Shown here: piece after piece, positions 13,549 to 26,900 of the stretch
How positions within the stretch are numbered: position 1 is the first letter of the stretch
Layout: each line of letters opens with the position of its first letter
Source of the DNA: the human T2T-CHM13v2.0 reference genome, Homo sapiens
Length of the DNA: 64,000 nt
NCBI RefSeq assembly: GCF_009914755.1
Contig: NC_060946.1
Strand: one strand, 5' to 3'
Translations under genes and position numbers: made by a program
The notes under the pieces: generated by a model
Database searches by the model: none
Seen by the model: the letters and a program-made list of their open reading frames with translations, nothing else
What the model was told of the DNA's origin: nothing

Positions 13549-13769
13549 CCCTTCTGATCTGGTCTTCTCTGCACGACTGACCTGGAAATTCCCCTCGCCA
13601 AACTCAGGAAAAGGCCCCAGGAGGCGGTTCAAGGGGACACAAACACATCCTCACATGCCCACCCTAACCTCAGGGGCAGACAGGAGTCAGTGGGTGACCT
13701 CTCCCCTTCCAGACACACTCCCAAAAGGCCACATGGGAAGGCATGAGAGAGATGCTAAGTGATAACGTG

Positions 13770-16700
13770 GGGGCCAGTGAGGACGTTGTGGGGACACTGA
13801 GGACCCTGTGGGGGCAGTGAGGATGCTGTGGGGATGCTGTGGGGACAGTAAGGACACTGGGGGCAGTGAGGACGCTGTGGACACTGCGGACGCTGTGGGG
13901 ACAATGACGCTGTGGACAGTGAGGACGCTGTGGGGGCGGTGAGGACACTGTGGAGTGAGGACACTGGGGGCAGTGAGGACGCTGTGGACAGTGAGGGCGC
14001 TGTGGGGGCGGTGAGGACGCTGTAGGGGCGGTGAGGACGCTGTGGGGGCGGTGAAGGCGCTGTGGGGATGGTGAGGACGCTATCCGGGGCGGTGAGGACG
14101 CTGTGGACGGTGAGAACGCTGTGGGGACACTGAGGATGCTGTGAGGACGCTGTGGGGGCAGTGAGGACGCTGTGGACCGTGAGGACGCTGTGGGGATGGC
14201 GAAGACTCTGTGGGGGCGGTGAGGACTCTGTGGACGGTGAGGACGCTGTTGGGGCAGTGAGGACGCTGTGGACCGTGAGGACTCTGTGGGGGCGGTGAGG
14301 ACTCTGTGGACGCGGTGAGGACGCTGTGGGGGCGGTGAGGACGCTGTGGACAGTGAGGAGGCTGTGGAGACAATGGGGACGCTGTAGACAGGACGCTGTG
14401 GAGGCGGTGAGGGCGCTGTGGGGGCGGTGAGGACGCTGTGGACACTGACGACGCTGGAGGTAACAATGAGGACATTGGGGACAATGAGTACACTGTGGGG
14501 GCGGTGAGAACGCTGTGGACACTGAGGACGCTGTGGGGGCGGTGAGGGCGCTGTGGACGCGGTGAGGACGCTGTGGGGGCGGTGAGGACGCTGTGGGGAC
14601 CGTGAGGACGCTGTCGGGGCCGTGAGGACGCTGTCGGGGCGGTGAGGACACTGTCGGGGCGGTGAGGACGCTGTGGGGACGGTGAGGACGCTGTGGACGC
14701 GGTGAGGACGCTGTGGACGCGGCGAGGGAGCTGTCAGGGCGGTGAGGACGCTGTGGACGCGGCGAGGGAGCTGTCGGGGCGGTGAGGACGCTGTGGACGC
14801 GGTGAGGGCGCTGTGGGGACGGTGAGGACGCTGTGGACGCTGTCGGGGCAGTGAGGACGCTGCGGACGTTGAGGACGCTGTGGGGGCGATGAGGACGCTG
14901 TCGGGGCGGTGAGGACGCTGTCGGGGCGGTGAGGACGCTGTGGACGCGGTGAGGACGCTGTGGGGACGGTGAGGACGCTGTGGGGACCGTGAGGACGCTG
15001 TCGGGGCCGTGAGGACGCTGTCGGGGCGGTGAGGACGCTGTCGGGACGGTGAGGGCGCTGTGGACGCGGTGAGGGCGCTGTGGGGGCGGTGAGGACGCTG
15101 TGGACGCGATGAGGACGCTGTGGACGCTGTGAGGACGCTGTGGGGGCGGTGAGGACGCTGTGGACGCGGTGAGGACGCTGTGGACGCCGTGAGGACGCTG
15201 TGGGGACGGTGAGGACGCTGTGGACGCGGTGAGGACGCTGTGGACGCGGCGAGGGAGCTGTCAGGGCGGTGAGGACGCTGTGGACGCGGTGAGGACGCTG
15301 TGGACGCGGCGAGGGAGCTGTCGGGGCGGTGAGGACGCTGTGGACGCGGTGAGGACACTGTGGGGACGGTGAGGACGCTGTGGACGCGGTGAGGACGCTG
15401 TGGACGCCGTGAGGACGCTGTGGGGGCGGTGAGGACGCTGTCGGGGCGGTGAGGACGCTGTGGGGGCGGTGAGGGCGCTGTGGACGCGGCGAGGGCGCTG
15501 TCGGGGCGGTGAGGACGCTGTGGACGCCGTGAGGACGCTGTGGGGGCGGTGAGGACGCTGTCGGGGCGGTGAGGACGCTGTGGGGGCGGTGAGGGCGCTG
15601 TGGGGGCGGTGAGGACGCTGTCGGGGCGGTGAGGGCGCTGCGGACGTTGAGGACGCTGTGGACGCAGTGAGGACACTGTGGGGACAGTGAGGACGCTGTG
15701 GACGCCGTGAGGACGCTGTCGGGGTGGTGAGGACGCTGTGGGGGCGGTGAGGACGCTGTCGGGGCTGTGAGGGCGCTGTGGACGCGGTGAGGGCGCTGTG
15801 GACGCGGTGAGGACGCTGTGGGGGCGGTGAGGACGCTGCGGACATTAAGGACGCTGTGGACGCGGTGACGACACTGTGGGGACGGTGAGGACGCTGTGGA
15901 CGCCGTGAGGACGCTGTCGGGGCGGTGAGGACGCTGTCGGGGAGGTGAGGACGCTGTGGGGGCGGTGAGGACGCTGTGGGGGCGGTGAGGGCGCTGCGGA
16001 CGTTGAGGACGCTGTGGACGCGGTGAGGACACTGTGGGGACAGTGAGGACGCTGTGGACGCCGTGAGGACACTGTCGGGGTGGTGAGGACGCTGTGGACG
16101 CGGTGAGGACGCTGTCGGGGCTGTGAGGACGCTGTGGGGGCGGTGAGGACGCTGTGGGGGCGGTGAGGACGCTGTCGGGGCGGTGAGGACGCTCTCGGGG
16201 CGGTGAGGGCGCTGTGGACCCGATGAGGGCGCTGTGGGGGCGGTGAGGACGCTGTGGACGCGGTGAGGGCGCTGTAGGGGCGATGAGGAGGCTGTGGACG
16301 CCGTGAGGACGCTGTGGACGCGGTGAGGACGCTGTGGGGGCGGTGAGGACGCTGTGGGGGCGGTGAAGATGCTGTGGACGCGGTGAGGGCGCTGTGGGGG
16401 CGGTGAGGACGCTGCAGATGTTGACGCTGTGGATGCTGTGGGGGTGGCGAGGGCTCTTTGGACGCGGTGAGGACGCTGTGGGGGCGGTGAGGACGCTGCA
16501 GATGTTGACGCTGTGGATGCTGTGGGGGTGGCGAGGGCTCTTTGGACGCGGTGAGGACGCTGTGGGGGCGGTGAGGACGCTGCAGATGTTGACGCTGTGG
16601 ATGCTGTGGGGGTGGCGAGGGCTCCGTGGACGCGGTGAGTACGCTGTGGACAGTGAGGGTGCTGTGGGGACAGTGAGGATGCTCTGGGGGGCAGTGAGGG

Positions 16701-16820
16701 CGCTGCGCGGACAGTGAGGGTGCTGTGGGGGCAGTGAGGACACGGTAGACAGTGAGGACGCTGTGGGGGCAGTGAGGATGCTTTGGGGGTGGTGAGAACA
16801 CTCTAGGCAGTGAGGACAGT
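13770..16820. repeat. G-rich, CpG-rich minisatellite (VNTR), 20-bp unit GGTGAGGACGCTGT(GGAC/GGGG/CGGG)GC, on the order of 150 copies
   Basis: Directly visible tandem array; homogeneous core ~14520-16400, diverged ends, 84-bp higher-order unit x3 near 16377-16628. Confidence 0.97.
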
Positions 16821-19800
16821 CCCAGCAGTGTGTCTCGTCCTCTGAGCATGTTCAGGGGCTGGTTCTTGTGGACAGTGCCGGCCTTGAGGACACCAAGAGC
16901 ATTTCAAGGGTTGGGTTTCCTGATGCAGGGACTGCGGCGTTGGCAGCATTCAGTTCACTAGGGGAGCGTTGGGGCAGGTGACCAGGGCTGGTTCAGGTCT
17001 GTTGCTCCATCCGGGATCCCTGGACCATCCGAATGAGAAGATGGCCTCTATGTGACAGAGTCACATGCGGTGGGGGTTCTTGGAGGGCCCCACAGCGATG
17101 AGTGGACCTCAGGGGTTGCAGGGTCTCTGGAATCATTGTGTTCTGGAGTGAACTTGCCCCCCCACAGGCTCCACCAACACCCCCAAACCCTCTTCCTGCC
17201 ATCCCTCCCCATCCCACAGCAGCGGCCCTGGCCCCAGACCCCTTCTGCCAGGGCTCAGGGCTGGCAGCCTGCTCCTGCCAGCCAAGAGCCGTTCCTGTCC
17301 CTGCCCACAGCTGCTGCCTTCCCCAGGCTCCCAGGCTGCACCACACGGGGCCTGCATGTTCCTTCTGACTGGCACAAGGTACTCTCCATGCCACTGCTCC
17401 TTGCTCATCTCCTGTGCCTCTGGCGAGTCCCCCACCGGGCCACCACTTCCCTCAGGAAGGCCTCTCCGACTGCCCAGACCAGCAAGGGGCTTCTCAGAGT
17501 TCTCCAGTCTCTGGCCTCCCACTGCCCTGCCCGGATTCTGGAGCTGAGCAAACAGGTCAGCACATGGTGCCCAACTTAGGAGGTGACTGACGCCTTCCTC
17601 ACTATTTGGGCTGGCCTGGGGTGCCAGGGACAGGGTTCCTCTGCCACCGTCCATGTGGCCCCCACCTGTCTGGCCTTATGAACAATGGAAACTATTCTCC
17701 ATGCATCCCAGAGAGGCCCCAGATGAGGAGCCTCAGGTCCTGGCTGCCCGGCCCAGGAAGGCCCTCAGCCCCCAATGGCCATCACTGACCACCACTGACC
17801 GGGTCGGGGAGGCTGCCACTGACATGGCCTTTGTCCTGGCCTTTGTGGGACAAGACAGATGGCCCTCCTGTGGGGCTGATGCTATCTCGAGGCTGCCAGT
17901 CAGACGTGAGGCAGGAACCACCCCTGCCTTTGTGAGCAGGTGCAGGGCATCCGGCCCATTGTGGGCTGCAGCCGACTGTGGTTGTCCATCCGGCCTTATC
18001 ACCACATCGAGGACAGTGGCCCCCTTTATACAAATGAACTGCCCAGCTTGCCCTCCCCAGCGGTGGCCTGGCACCTCCAGAGGTCCTAGTGTAGGTCAGA
18101 GGTAACCATCGTCATAACACCGTGCATGTGCAACACTCTAAACTCAGTCCAAGCAGGGCAGGGGAGGGGGTGTGCTCCCCACTTTCTCTAAGAAACCAGA
18201 TCCCAGAAGGGGGCTCTCTGCTGGGCCCCAGAGCATTTTTTGTGTGAACTGGAAACAGGGCTGAGGCAGGCCTCTTGGATCCCTTCTCTGCCTCACTGAG
18301 GTCTTTGGGGTGCAAATGTACAGCCCAGGAGAAAGTGGCCCAGGGTCTTAGGTGGCCCCCAGCCAAGAGAAGGACGCTCCTCTGGTCTGTGGGAAAAGGC
18401 CCCAGCAGGAGATAGGGGGAGTGGGCAGCCCACTGCTTGCAAGGCTTGAGGTCTCCTGGGCCAGTGTGTCGCTCAGGGGGTGGCAGGGGGGGCCCTGAAG
18501 GGCAGGAGCTGCAGAGGCAGAGGGACTCCTGTTGAGGAAAGCTACTGGAATCACTGTGTGGTTAGACCTAAGGAAGAACTTCCTGCCTGCTGGTCGGCGG
18601 GGCAGCCGAACCCTATGATTCCTCCACAATCCCTCCTCTTGCCGGCTCTCCATGGTTTAGACTGGTTCGTGCCAAGGTACTGACTGTGGAAGGCACAGGG
18701 CTTCCCTCGCTGGCTGACCTTCCTTGGCTGCCTGGGAGCCCCCAGTCCCCATGCCTGACTCTGAGCTGACCCTCCACACACTGACCCTGGGGCCTCAGCC
18801 TCCAAGGGGTGTGGGGAAGTGAGTAGTCCCAGTTCAGTATACCTGAATGGCCCTGTGGGGACGGGAGAAAGGCACACCCTCCCTGCAGATCTGGGCACCA
18901 CCTTGATCCCAGCATTGTCCTTCATTTCACAGACAACACACCTGCCCCAGGGCCCCCTCCCCACTGATGAGCTGGGCCCCTCTGTGACCTCAGACTCTTC
19001 CTTCTAGGCAGGAACAGGTTGGGGGTCCCGTCTCCAAGCCCTGCCTGGACCCCGCACCTCCAGTCCCAGGCTAGCTGATTCAGGGCTCCTTGCCCTGCAG
19101 CCCAAGGGCCCTCTCACCACCATTGCCCACCCCACCTCCCTGGGCTCCTGGGATCTCAGCCTTAGGTCAAGGCCCAGCCCTGGTGCACCCTCCCCCATGG
19201 GCCAGGCCCTCCATGCCTTTGCCCGCGCCAGTCCCTCCACGGGGCACGCCCTTCCCGCTGTGGCTACTCCTCAATCTTAGAGGCCCCTCCCAAGCCCATT
19301 CTCACAGAGCTTCCTAGGCCTGCCCTGGCCTGACACATAGTGCAGGACAGTGTCCAGGCCTGTGTCCCCAAGACCCATCTGGGGTTCAAGCCACATCTTG
19401 GGCCTATACACAGCCAGCTAGTGAGTGAGCGAGCGAGTGAGTGAGGCCCTGCAAGATGGTCATCTGTCTTGTCCCGCAAAGGCCAAGACAAACGCCGTGT
19501 CAGCGGCAGCCTCTCCAACCCAGTCTGTGATGGCCAGTGGTGGTCAGTGAGGGCTGGGCCGCGAGGCTCACAGCTCAGGCCGCACCCGCCGGTTTCACAG
19601 ACCGGCCAGGAAGCTCCCAGGGCGAGGGCCTAGTCGTGTCCTCCCCATGGGCGAGCAACCCTAGGCAGGCACCAGAGGGCGCTCGCGGTCTGCAGAAAAC
19701 GCTGGCTAAGGGGGGAGCGCGGAAAGAGGTGGGCACTGTGGGTGCAGACAGCTGGGGTCCGCGGAGAAACGAAGGCCTGGAGCGGGGGCGCTGGGTTGTC

Positions 19801-20926
19801 CAGGCTGGCGGCGAGCTGCACCGAGTGGGACGGGCAGGCTGCCCCTAGTGAGGGCGGGGAGGGTGTCGCCGCGTGGCGGCTGACAGACGGGGCGGGATGA
19901 GCGTAGCCCCCGCCCCTGCCCTGGTGCACTGACAGCCTGTCAGCCGGGAAGATAAGGGACTTCTTCCGCTGGGCGTGGGGTGGGGGTCAACCCAGGTGCG
20001 CTGTCCCCCTCCCGCTGGTGTTTGCTCGGTAAACACTTATTGGGCCCCGGGCTGTGCACACCGCCGCGGGGGAGGGGCGGGCGACCTGAAGGCCTGGACT
20101 CCATGGCCTCTGCCAGGGATGCCGGGTCCATGGGCCATCAATGATGCAGGAAAAGAGGCTCTGTCACCTCTGGCCCCGCCTGGAGAGAGTTGCCTGTGGG
20201 GTCCTTCGTGGGCCCCCTCCAGCCTGGGGTGGCCCTAGCCTCAGCTTCAGAGCTGGGCTGACCCCCGACTAGCCGAGGCATTAATGGGGCCCCGTGGAGG
20301 AGGTCCTGGGAAGGTCTGGGGAGCTGAAGTCCTGGCCACGTGGGGGGGACTGCACCCCCTGCCCAGACGGAGCAACAACATTGGGGTGGGTGGCGGGGCC
20401 CTGGGGGCCCATAGCTCAGCGCAGCGTCTGCGCCCACCCCCTGTGTTTCCGATGGAAGACAGGCTGAAGGTGATAAATCACCAGGTCCCACCCCCACCCA
20501 CCCTGCCAACGGGTGGGGAAGGGGGGCTGCATGTGACAGAGATGGGGACCGAGACAGAGATGGGAGCCAGGTCTAGAGGAGAGACCAGAGACAGTGGCAC
20601 TGTGGTGGCCCCGTTGACACGGGCCAGGACCCTTGCTTGGGTGTCTGGCCTCCCCGCTCTGGGCGCCCCTTCCACAAAGCCCATCTGGAAACCAGCTGAG
20701 AGCCACCGTACCCCCACCCCGGCTGACCCCCAACAGGGAGGTAGAGGAGGGAGGGAGACCTTTGCAGCCATAACTCCGTCCCCCGCCTGCCCGCCCCCAG
20801 GAGGACCATAAATCAGCAGGGGCTCTCAAAGCACTACCTCCACAGGCTGAAGGGAGGGCTTCAGGGCCACTGGTCTTAGGGACTAGGCCTGTCCTTGGCT
20901 GTGTCTGTCCCTCTTTAAACAGCCCT

Positions 20927-21360
<434 letters not shown>

Positions 21361-23764
21361 TCAGGAACTAGGGATCAGCATGTCCTACCCAGTGAAGCCC
21401 TCCTGGGGGTCTTCTCTGCCCATAGGAAATGCCTCCTTCTATCCTGTCTTCCTGTCACCACCACCCCCCAGGGTACTGAGGGCCAGCTGGACAAAAGGTG
21501 GTGAGAGATGGGCCAGGTGGATCCCCCGCAGGTGAGCGCACCCCACACACATACACACAGGGCAGGTGCAGAGTCAGTACCCAGTGGGAGAGGCTTGAGA
21601 GGGCCTGGGGGAGTGCTCCCTGGAGCTGTGGGGTGTGCTCAGCAGCCTAGTTCTAGCCGGGCCGGCCTCAGCAACCCCTGTCCAGGGTCTAGCCTACAGA
21701 CATTCCCAGGGTTCCCGTGGTGGGCATAAGGGCATTGTACACAAGGAAACACAGATGTCCACCGTGACATCACCCCAGCTTGTCTCAAAGAGCCGTGGGG
21801 TTGGGGATGAGGGCTGCTTCTTGTCTAGAAAGACCTTCAGAGATGTTGGAATTCTGTGCCTGAGACAGGCACTGACTGTCACTGGGCTGGCCTGGGCCTG
21901 GTTACCTGGACTGTCGCCTTCATCCTCAGAGCAAACCCTTGAGTCTAGCACTAGCGATGTCTCAGGGGAGGGTTCAGAGTGTGCAGCAGCTGGAAGTGTG
22001 CTCAGCTCAGCCTGTAGGAGGGTCTGGCTTTTCCAGAATGTCCCAGGGAGAAGAGCGCAAGGGGAGTAGGGTGCTGGGGTGTGCAGGGGAGCCCATCTCC
22101 CGTCATCCATTCACGTTCAATCATTCATACCAGTGTGCAGACCTGTCTGGAGCCTGCCGGCTGCCAGGGTCAAGGGCTGGGGGGGTGCAGATCCCTTGGC
22201 CCCAGACCCCCACCTGGCAGAGGCACTTCACTCCTCTTCCATCCCTCCTGAGAGGGCCAGCTCCCTCCTCCCCGCACTGGGATTCCCCCTAGTACGAAGT
22301 CCTCTGGGGCTCACCTAGGTGTATTTAAGCATGTCTGACAAATTGAGGGACTCCAGGCCTAACAGACTGGAAATGGGCCGGGAAGGCGAGGGCTCACTCA
22401 ACCACAGGGACCAGTCTGCCCTGCCCTTCCCAGGCCGCCCAGGTGTGACTCTCTCCACTCTCTTTGTCCCAGCCACGCAGGACCTTAGGGCCAGCCCTGC
22501 AAGGTCACTGCACTCCTGGTGGGGTACAGGAACCCTCAAAGATGGGAGGATCTGGAAGGGAAGCCATTGAACTTTGCCTGATGGACCCATGGGATGTGGG
22601 GGCACAGACCCCAGCTGGGCACCAGCAGGTCCCCATTTGGCTGGACCATGTTGACAGAATTAGGGTGCCCACTCCTGGGAGGAAAGCCTCAGTCTATGGC
22701 TGGAGGTCCAGTGAGCCAGGGGTGAGGGTCCCAGGGCAGCATCAGCCCACAGAGCAGACCAAGGCTTCTGCCAACTGCATTGCACCATGTGGCAGCTGTA
22801 CCTGCCAGTCAGGGGATCCCAAGCTGGGGTGGGGCTTCAAGGAGGTGCCTACGGGCAGATCCAGGGCCGAGCTCTGCCCGGGTGTCTGCTTCAAAATCTA
22901 TTTTGATGTGCTTTGTATTTGGGGAGTTGCTTTTCTCTATGCTTTGTTTATTTAAAGATGCTATTGAAGAGTTCCAGCCAAACTTTGTAAATGCCGAGGA
23001 ACGGGCTGCTGTCTGAGCAGGGCTGGGGAGGGTAGGAGCCCCTGACAGCCGCCTGTCCCAGCATGCCCACCCCGTGCCCTTATTGCCCACTGAAGGTGCT
23101 CGCGCGGCACCAACTGCACTGGCTTCCTCCAGGAGGGTAGCCTGGGGGCTAGGGCCAGAGAGGCACCAGTACGCAGAGCAGTACGTGAGGCCAAGGACCT
23201 GGTCACTCTGAGACCAAGCAGGTTCCAGGCATCTATGCTGAGGGGAGTGGGAGACCACTGACTTTCTTTGTGGCAAAAGTGGGGATGGACCTGTTTGTGT
23301 GAGCTCAGGGCCTCTCTTGGCACTAAATGCCTCTCTTGGCCACCCTCTGCCCTGGGGTCCTTGGCATGGGACTCTCTGGTATGGGAATCCCAGGTCTATG
23401 GAATGTTAGTCTATGAGTCCCTGGTCTGGGGTTCTGAGCCTGAAGAGTCCTGCTCTGGGTGTCTCAGGTCAGCAGGTCTCTGACAGGTGTCTGCTCAGGG
23501 TCCATAGTCTAGGGGTCAGTGATCTGGCCTTTTCTCCCCAGGGGTGCCAGGTGCCGTGTGCTGCCATGGATGTCTCTGGGATATCAGTCAGCCCCTTCTC
23601 TGTTGGCCAAGGAGCCACTGCTAACAGGAGTTGTCCCAGAGGGTCACACTCTTGAGTCTCTTGTGGCAAGGTCAACAGGAGGACCATCTGGAGCACGGAG
23701 AGCATCCCCAGATCATAGGCAGAAGGGTGTTTCCTGCTAAGGCCAGCCAGAAGACTCCACAGAC

Positions 23765-23965
23765 CTCCCAAGTCCTGGCTAGACTCAATCCTGCTGTTAT
23801 AAGTCTCCCTGGGTCCTCCCTGAATCCTCCCAGAGCCCTCCCTGAATCTTCCCAAAAGCTCCCTGAACCCTCCCCAGGTTGTCTCCTGGAGTCCTCCCAG
23901 TCTTTCCTGGATCCTCTCCACATCCTCCCTGAGTGCTCCCAGAATCTTCCTGCAGTCCTCCCCAT
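23765..23965. repeat. Degenerate pyrimidine-rich tandem repeat (~20-nt unit CCTCCCTGAATC(C/T)TCCCAG)
   Basis: Recurrent CTCCCTGAAT/CTCCCAG/CTCCTGGA motifs. Confidence 0.55.
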
Positions 23966-26900
23966 GTTCTCTCAGGCGTGGGCTGCTGTACCTGGATTGG
24001 CCCTAGCAGGTGACTCGGGCTGGAGTTTGGTTGACACCAGTGGAGCCACAAGCCTGCTGTGCACAGGTGTGATGGCAGGCCTGTGAGGGTTCGGGGCTGC
24101 ATGGCCTTGCTCCCTTTGCACTGGTGTCTGGATGTGCTCAGAGGCCCCCTGGGTCCCCAGGCCTCTGGGACAAGGCCGGTTGAGTCTCAAAAACAGGTAG
24201 GACCCCAAGCAGAGCCAAGGCATCACCAGCCCCAGCCCTTGTTCCCGTGTGCCCCATCTCCCGAAGCACTCCCCTGTGTCATGCGGTACCAGCTCTGCCT
24301 CTGACTCCCCATGCAGTGGCCCTAAGGCCACCCCTTGTCAGTGTCCTCCTGGGCCTCCTGGGGCGGGCAAGAACCTGCTCACACAGGTACATGCACAGCA
24401 AGCATCGGAGGGTCTCCTTCCCTGGGAGACATCACCGCCCCACAGTGGGTCACCCTCAAGGCTAACCACTCAGCTTCCGGGTGGCAAGCCTGCAGAGTGG
24501 CCCCAGGCATGCCGGGCCACCTTCTAAGTGTGCCAGTCCCACCCTGTGTGTGTGTGTGGATGTGCCAGAGATGTGCAGTCACACTTCCATCTGTGTCCCA
24601 TGCCCCCATGAGTGTGTCCTCACACCTCTTGCCCCGCCTCCCTGCTGTGTGCCCCTCGTAGCAGCTTGGCCCTGCCCGCTGCACCATGTGTACACAGAGG
24701 CTTATTTTCTCTGCCTTTCGGGCCAGGGGCGTGCTCGTAAATTGTGCAGTCGACGACACATTTATCCCGCGGGCGGCTGGCGGTGTGAATTTATGGCTGC
24801 ACCCCCTTCCTGGCTGAGGCAGGACAGGGGCCGGGATACCTCTCAGGCAGGAACCTCCAGTCCACTCCACTGGGCTGTTGTGGGGCCATGGGGGCGGGCT
24901 GGGCCGGGAGGGCTTAGGAGTGCTCCCAAGGTCTGGTCTTGCACAGAAACCCTGCAACTTCAGGGTGCTTGGGGCAATGAGAGGCGAGGCCACTCTGCCT
25001 GGGTGAGGGCTGGGGGCACAGTGGCTGCCCACGTGCCAGAGGCATGGAGGCCCAGAGCCCAGCCTAATGTCCCAGCCTCCATGCCCCCTTCCAGTCGGCT
25101 TCTCATCTTCCCACCTAAGAAAGAGGGGACAACTTGGATGCCCCAGGGACAGCAGGTGTGGGGGTGGCTCCCCTCAGGTGCTGAGTCAGCCACCCACTGC
25201 CACTAGGCCCACTGGGAGTACTGAGATCTGGGGAGGACTGTCAGAAAGGGTGGGGGCCTCGAGGGCAGCTGGGGCTGCACACAGGGAAGAGGAGCGGAGA
25301 TACTGTCGAATCAGAGCAGAGAGCCCCTCAGAGCTCACCTGCCCTCCTCTGCCTTGTAAAGATGGGGAAACTGAGGCCCAGGGAGAGCAGAGGTCCCAGG
25401 TCACATGGGTAGGATAACAGAGCCTCAAGATCCTGGATTCCTGCTCCCTAGTATGCAATAAAGGGGGTCCTAGGCACACCCCTCCCCACGGAGCCACCTT
25501 TGTCCTGCAAAGTCTGGAGGTGGGGCCTCCGGCTGAAGCCTCAACAGGGAGCTGATGGAGCAAATTGGCAAGCTGGTCCCATCAGGGCCACAGCTGGGGC
25601 CTGGGACCTGGCTGCCTCCCCTCCGTCCGTCGGTCTGTCTGTGTGCAGGGTCGGGTCTCCAGGGGACCCTCTGTCGGCTCTCAAGCTCCCTCCCATCTCG
25701 GCCCCAGCCCCCCCTCACCGCCCGCTGTCAGGATGAGCGATGGCCGTGCCCCTCCCCGGCCCTCGGCCCCAGGCCCGGTTCCCGCTCATTAGCCACTGAC
25801 ACTGTTTGCTTTCCCGCCATGGACGCCCACCCCGTCACAGGCCATTTCTCCCGGCGCCCCCCACCCCTGAGGACCTGCCCAGGGGTCCAGGGTGCCGGGT
25901 CGAGGGGACTGCCGGGTGCCAGGCAGGACCTGCATTATGCTCCCGGAGCAATGGCCACATGGAGTGCCGGCCCCACCCTCACCTGCACCCCAAGAGACGG
26001 GGAGCCACGGGCCACCCTGAGTCTCCCATGGCCCTGCCCACATCACACAGGCCAGACACAGCCGCCGTGAGACTGGGCCGTGCCTCGCAGCTTGGATGGC
26101 TTGGTGCTGCACACACTGGGAGGGTCTCTGATGACAAGTACCTGGCCCACTGCACCTATCTCTGTCTCTCTTTATCACTGCCCCTATTTCTGTCTTTGTC
26201 TCTCTCCTTGGTCTCTGCCCCTAGCCCCATCCTGTGGAATGACCACTGAGCCAGCAGCCCATTCAGAAAGTACATCCCTCACCTGGAGCCCCTCTGTCCC
26301 CTCAGGCAGCCCCAGTACACAGCCTGGGGGGTGGGTCCTGAGGCAGCAGGCACCCCTCCCTCCTGCACCACCCCCGCCCCCAATATGGCCACAGCTGGGC
26401 GGCATCAGGGCCCGCAGGCCAGTGGCAGCCAGTCCTTCACTTAAAAATGTGTTTGTGATTTCGGCAGCGAGGCAGATAACGGTGACGAATGGCCCGCCTG
26501 CCCCCCAGGGCCCTCAGCCCATCTGGTTTGACTTTGGCCTGTCGGCAGTGCCCTTGGGCCTCACTCCTGCCCTCTGGCAGTGCCCTCCGAGTGAGGCACC
26601 CCTCAACCTTTGCACACTCTGGTTCCTTTGCTGGAAATGCCCCTCCTCTCCACCCATCTGTCCCCCCATCATGGGCTCCCCTGGCTATGCCCATAGGAGC
26701 CACCCATGCAACACTCGGGGTGGCAGGTCCTGGGCAGTGCTGGGGTTTGCAGGGTGGGGGAGGGCACAGGCCCAGCAGGGAGGGGGCATGCCTTGCCTGG
26801 GCCCTGCATCCCCTCTGTCTAGGAGGGAATAGTGAGTGCCCACCTAAGGCCAGAGGGGCCGAGGCTAAGGTGACGGAGTGGGCCAGGACCGAGAGAGGTG

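Noticed and set aside
13770-16820. CRISPR-like array
   Set aside because: Units are head-to-tail with no unique spacers, in a eukaryotic context with no cas genes
13670-16849. Long minus-strand ORFs (668, 669, 334, 298 aa) rich in P/H/R/S/T
   Set aside because: They are translations of the 20-bp VNTR, whose C-rich strand lacks stop codons; no promoter, splice or domain evidence
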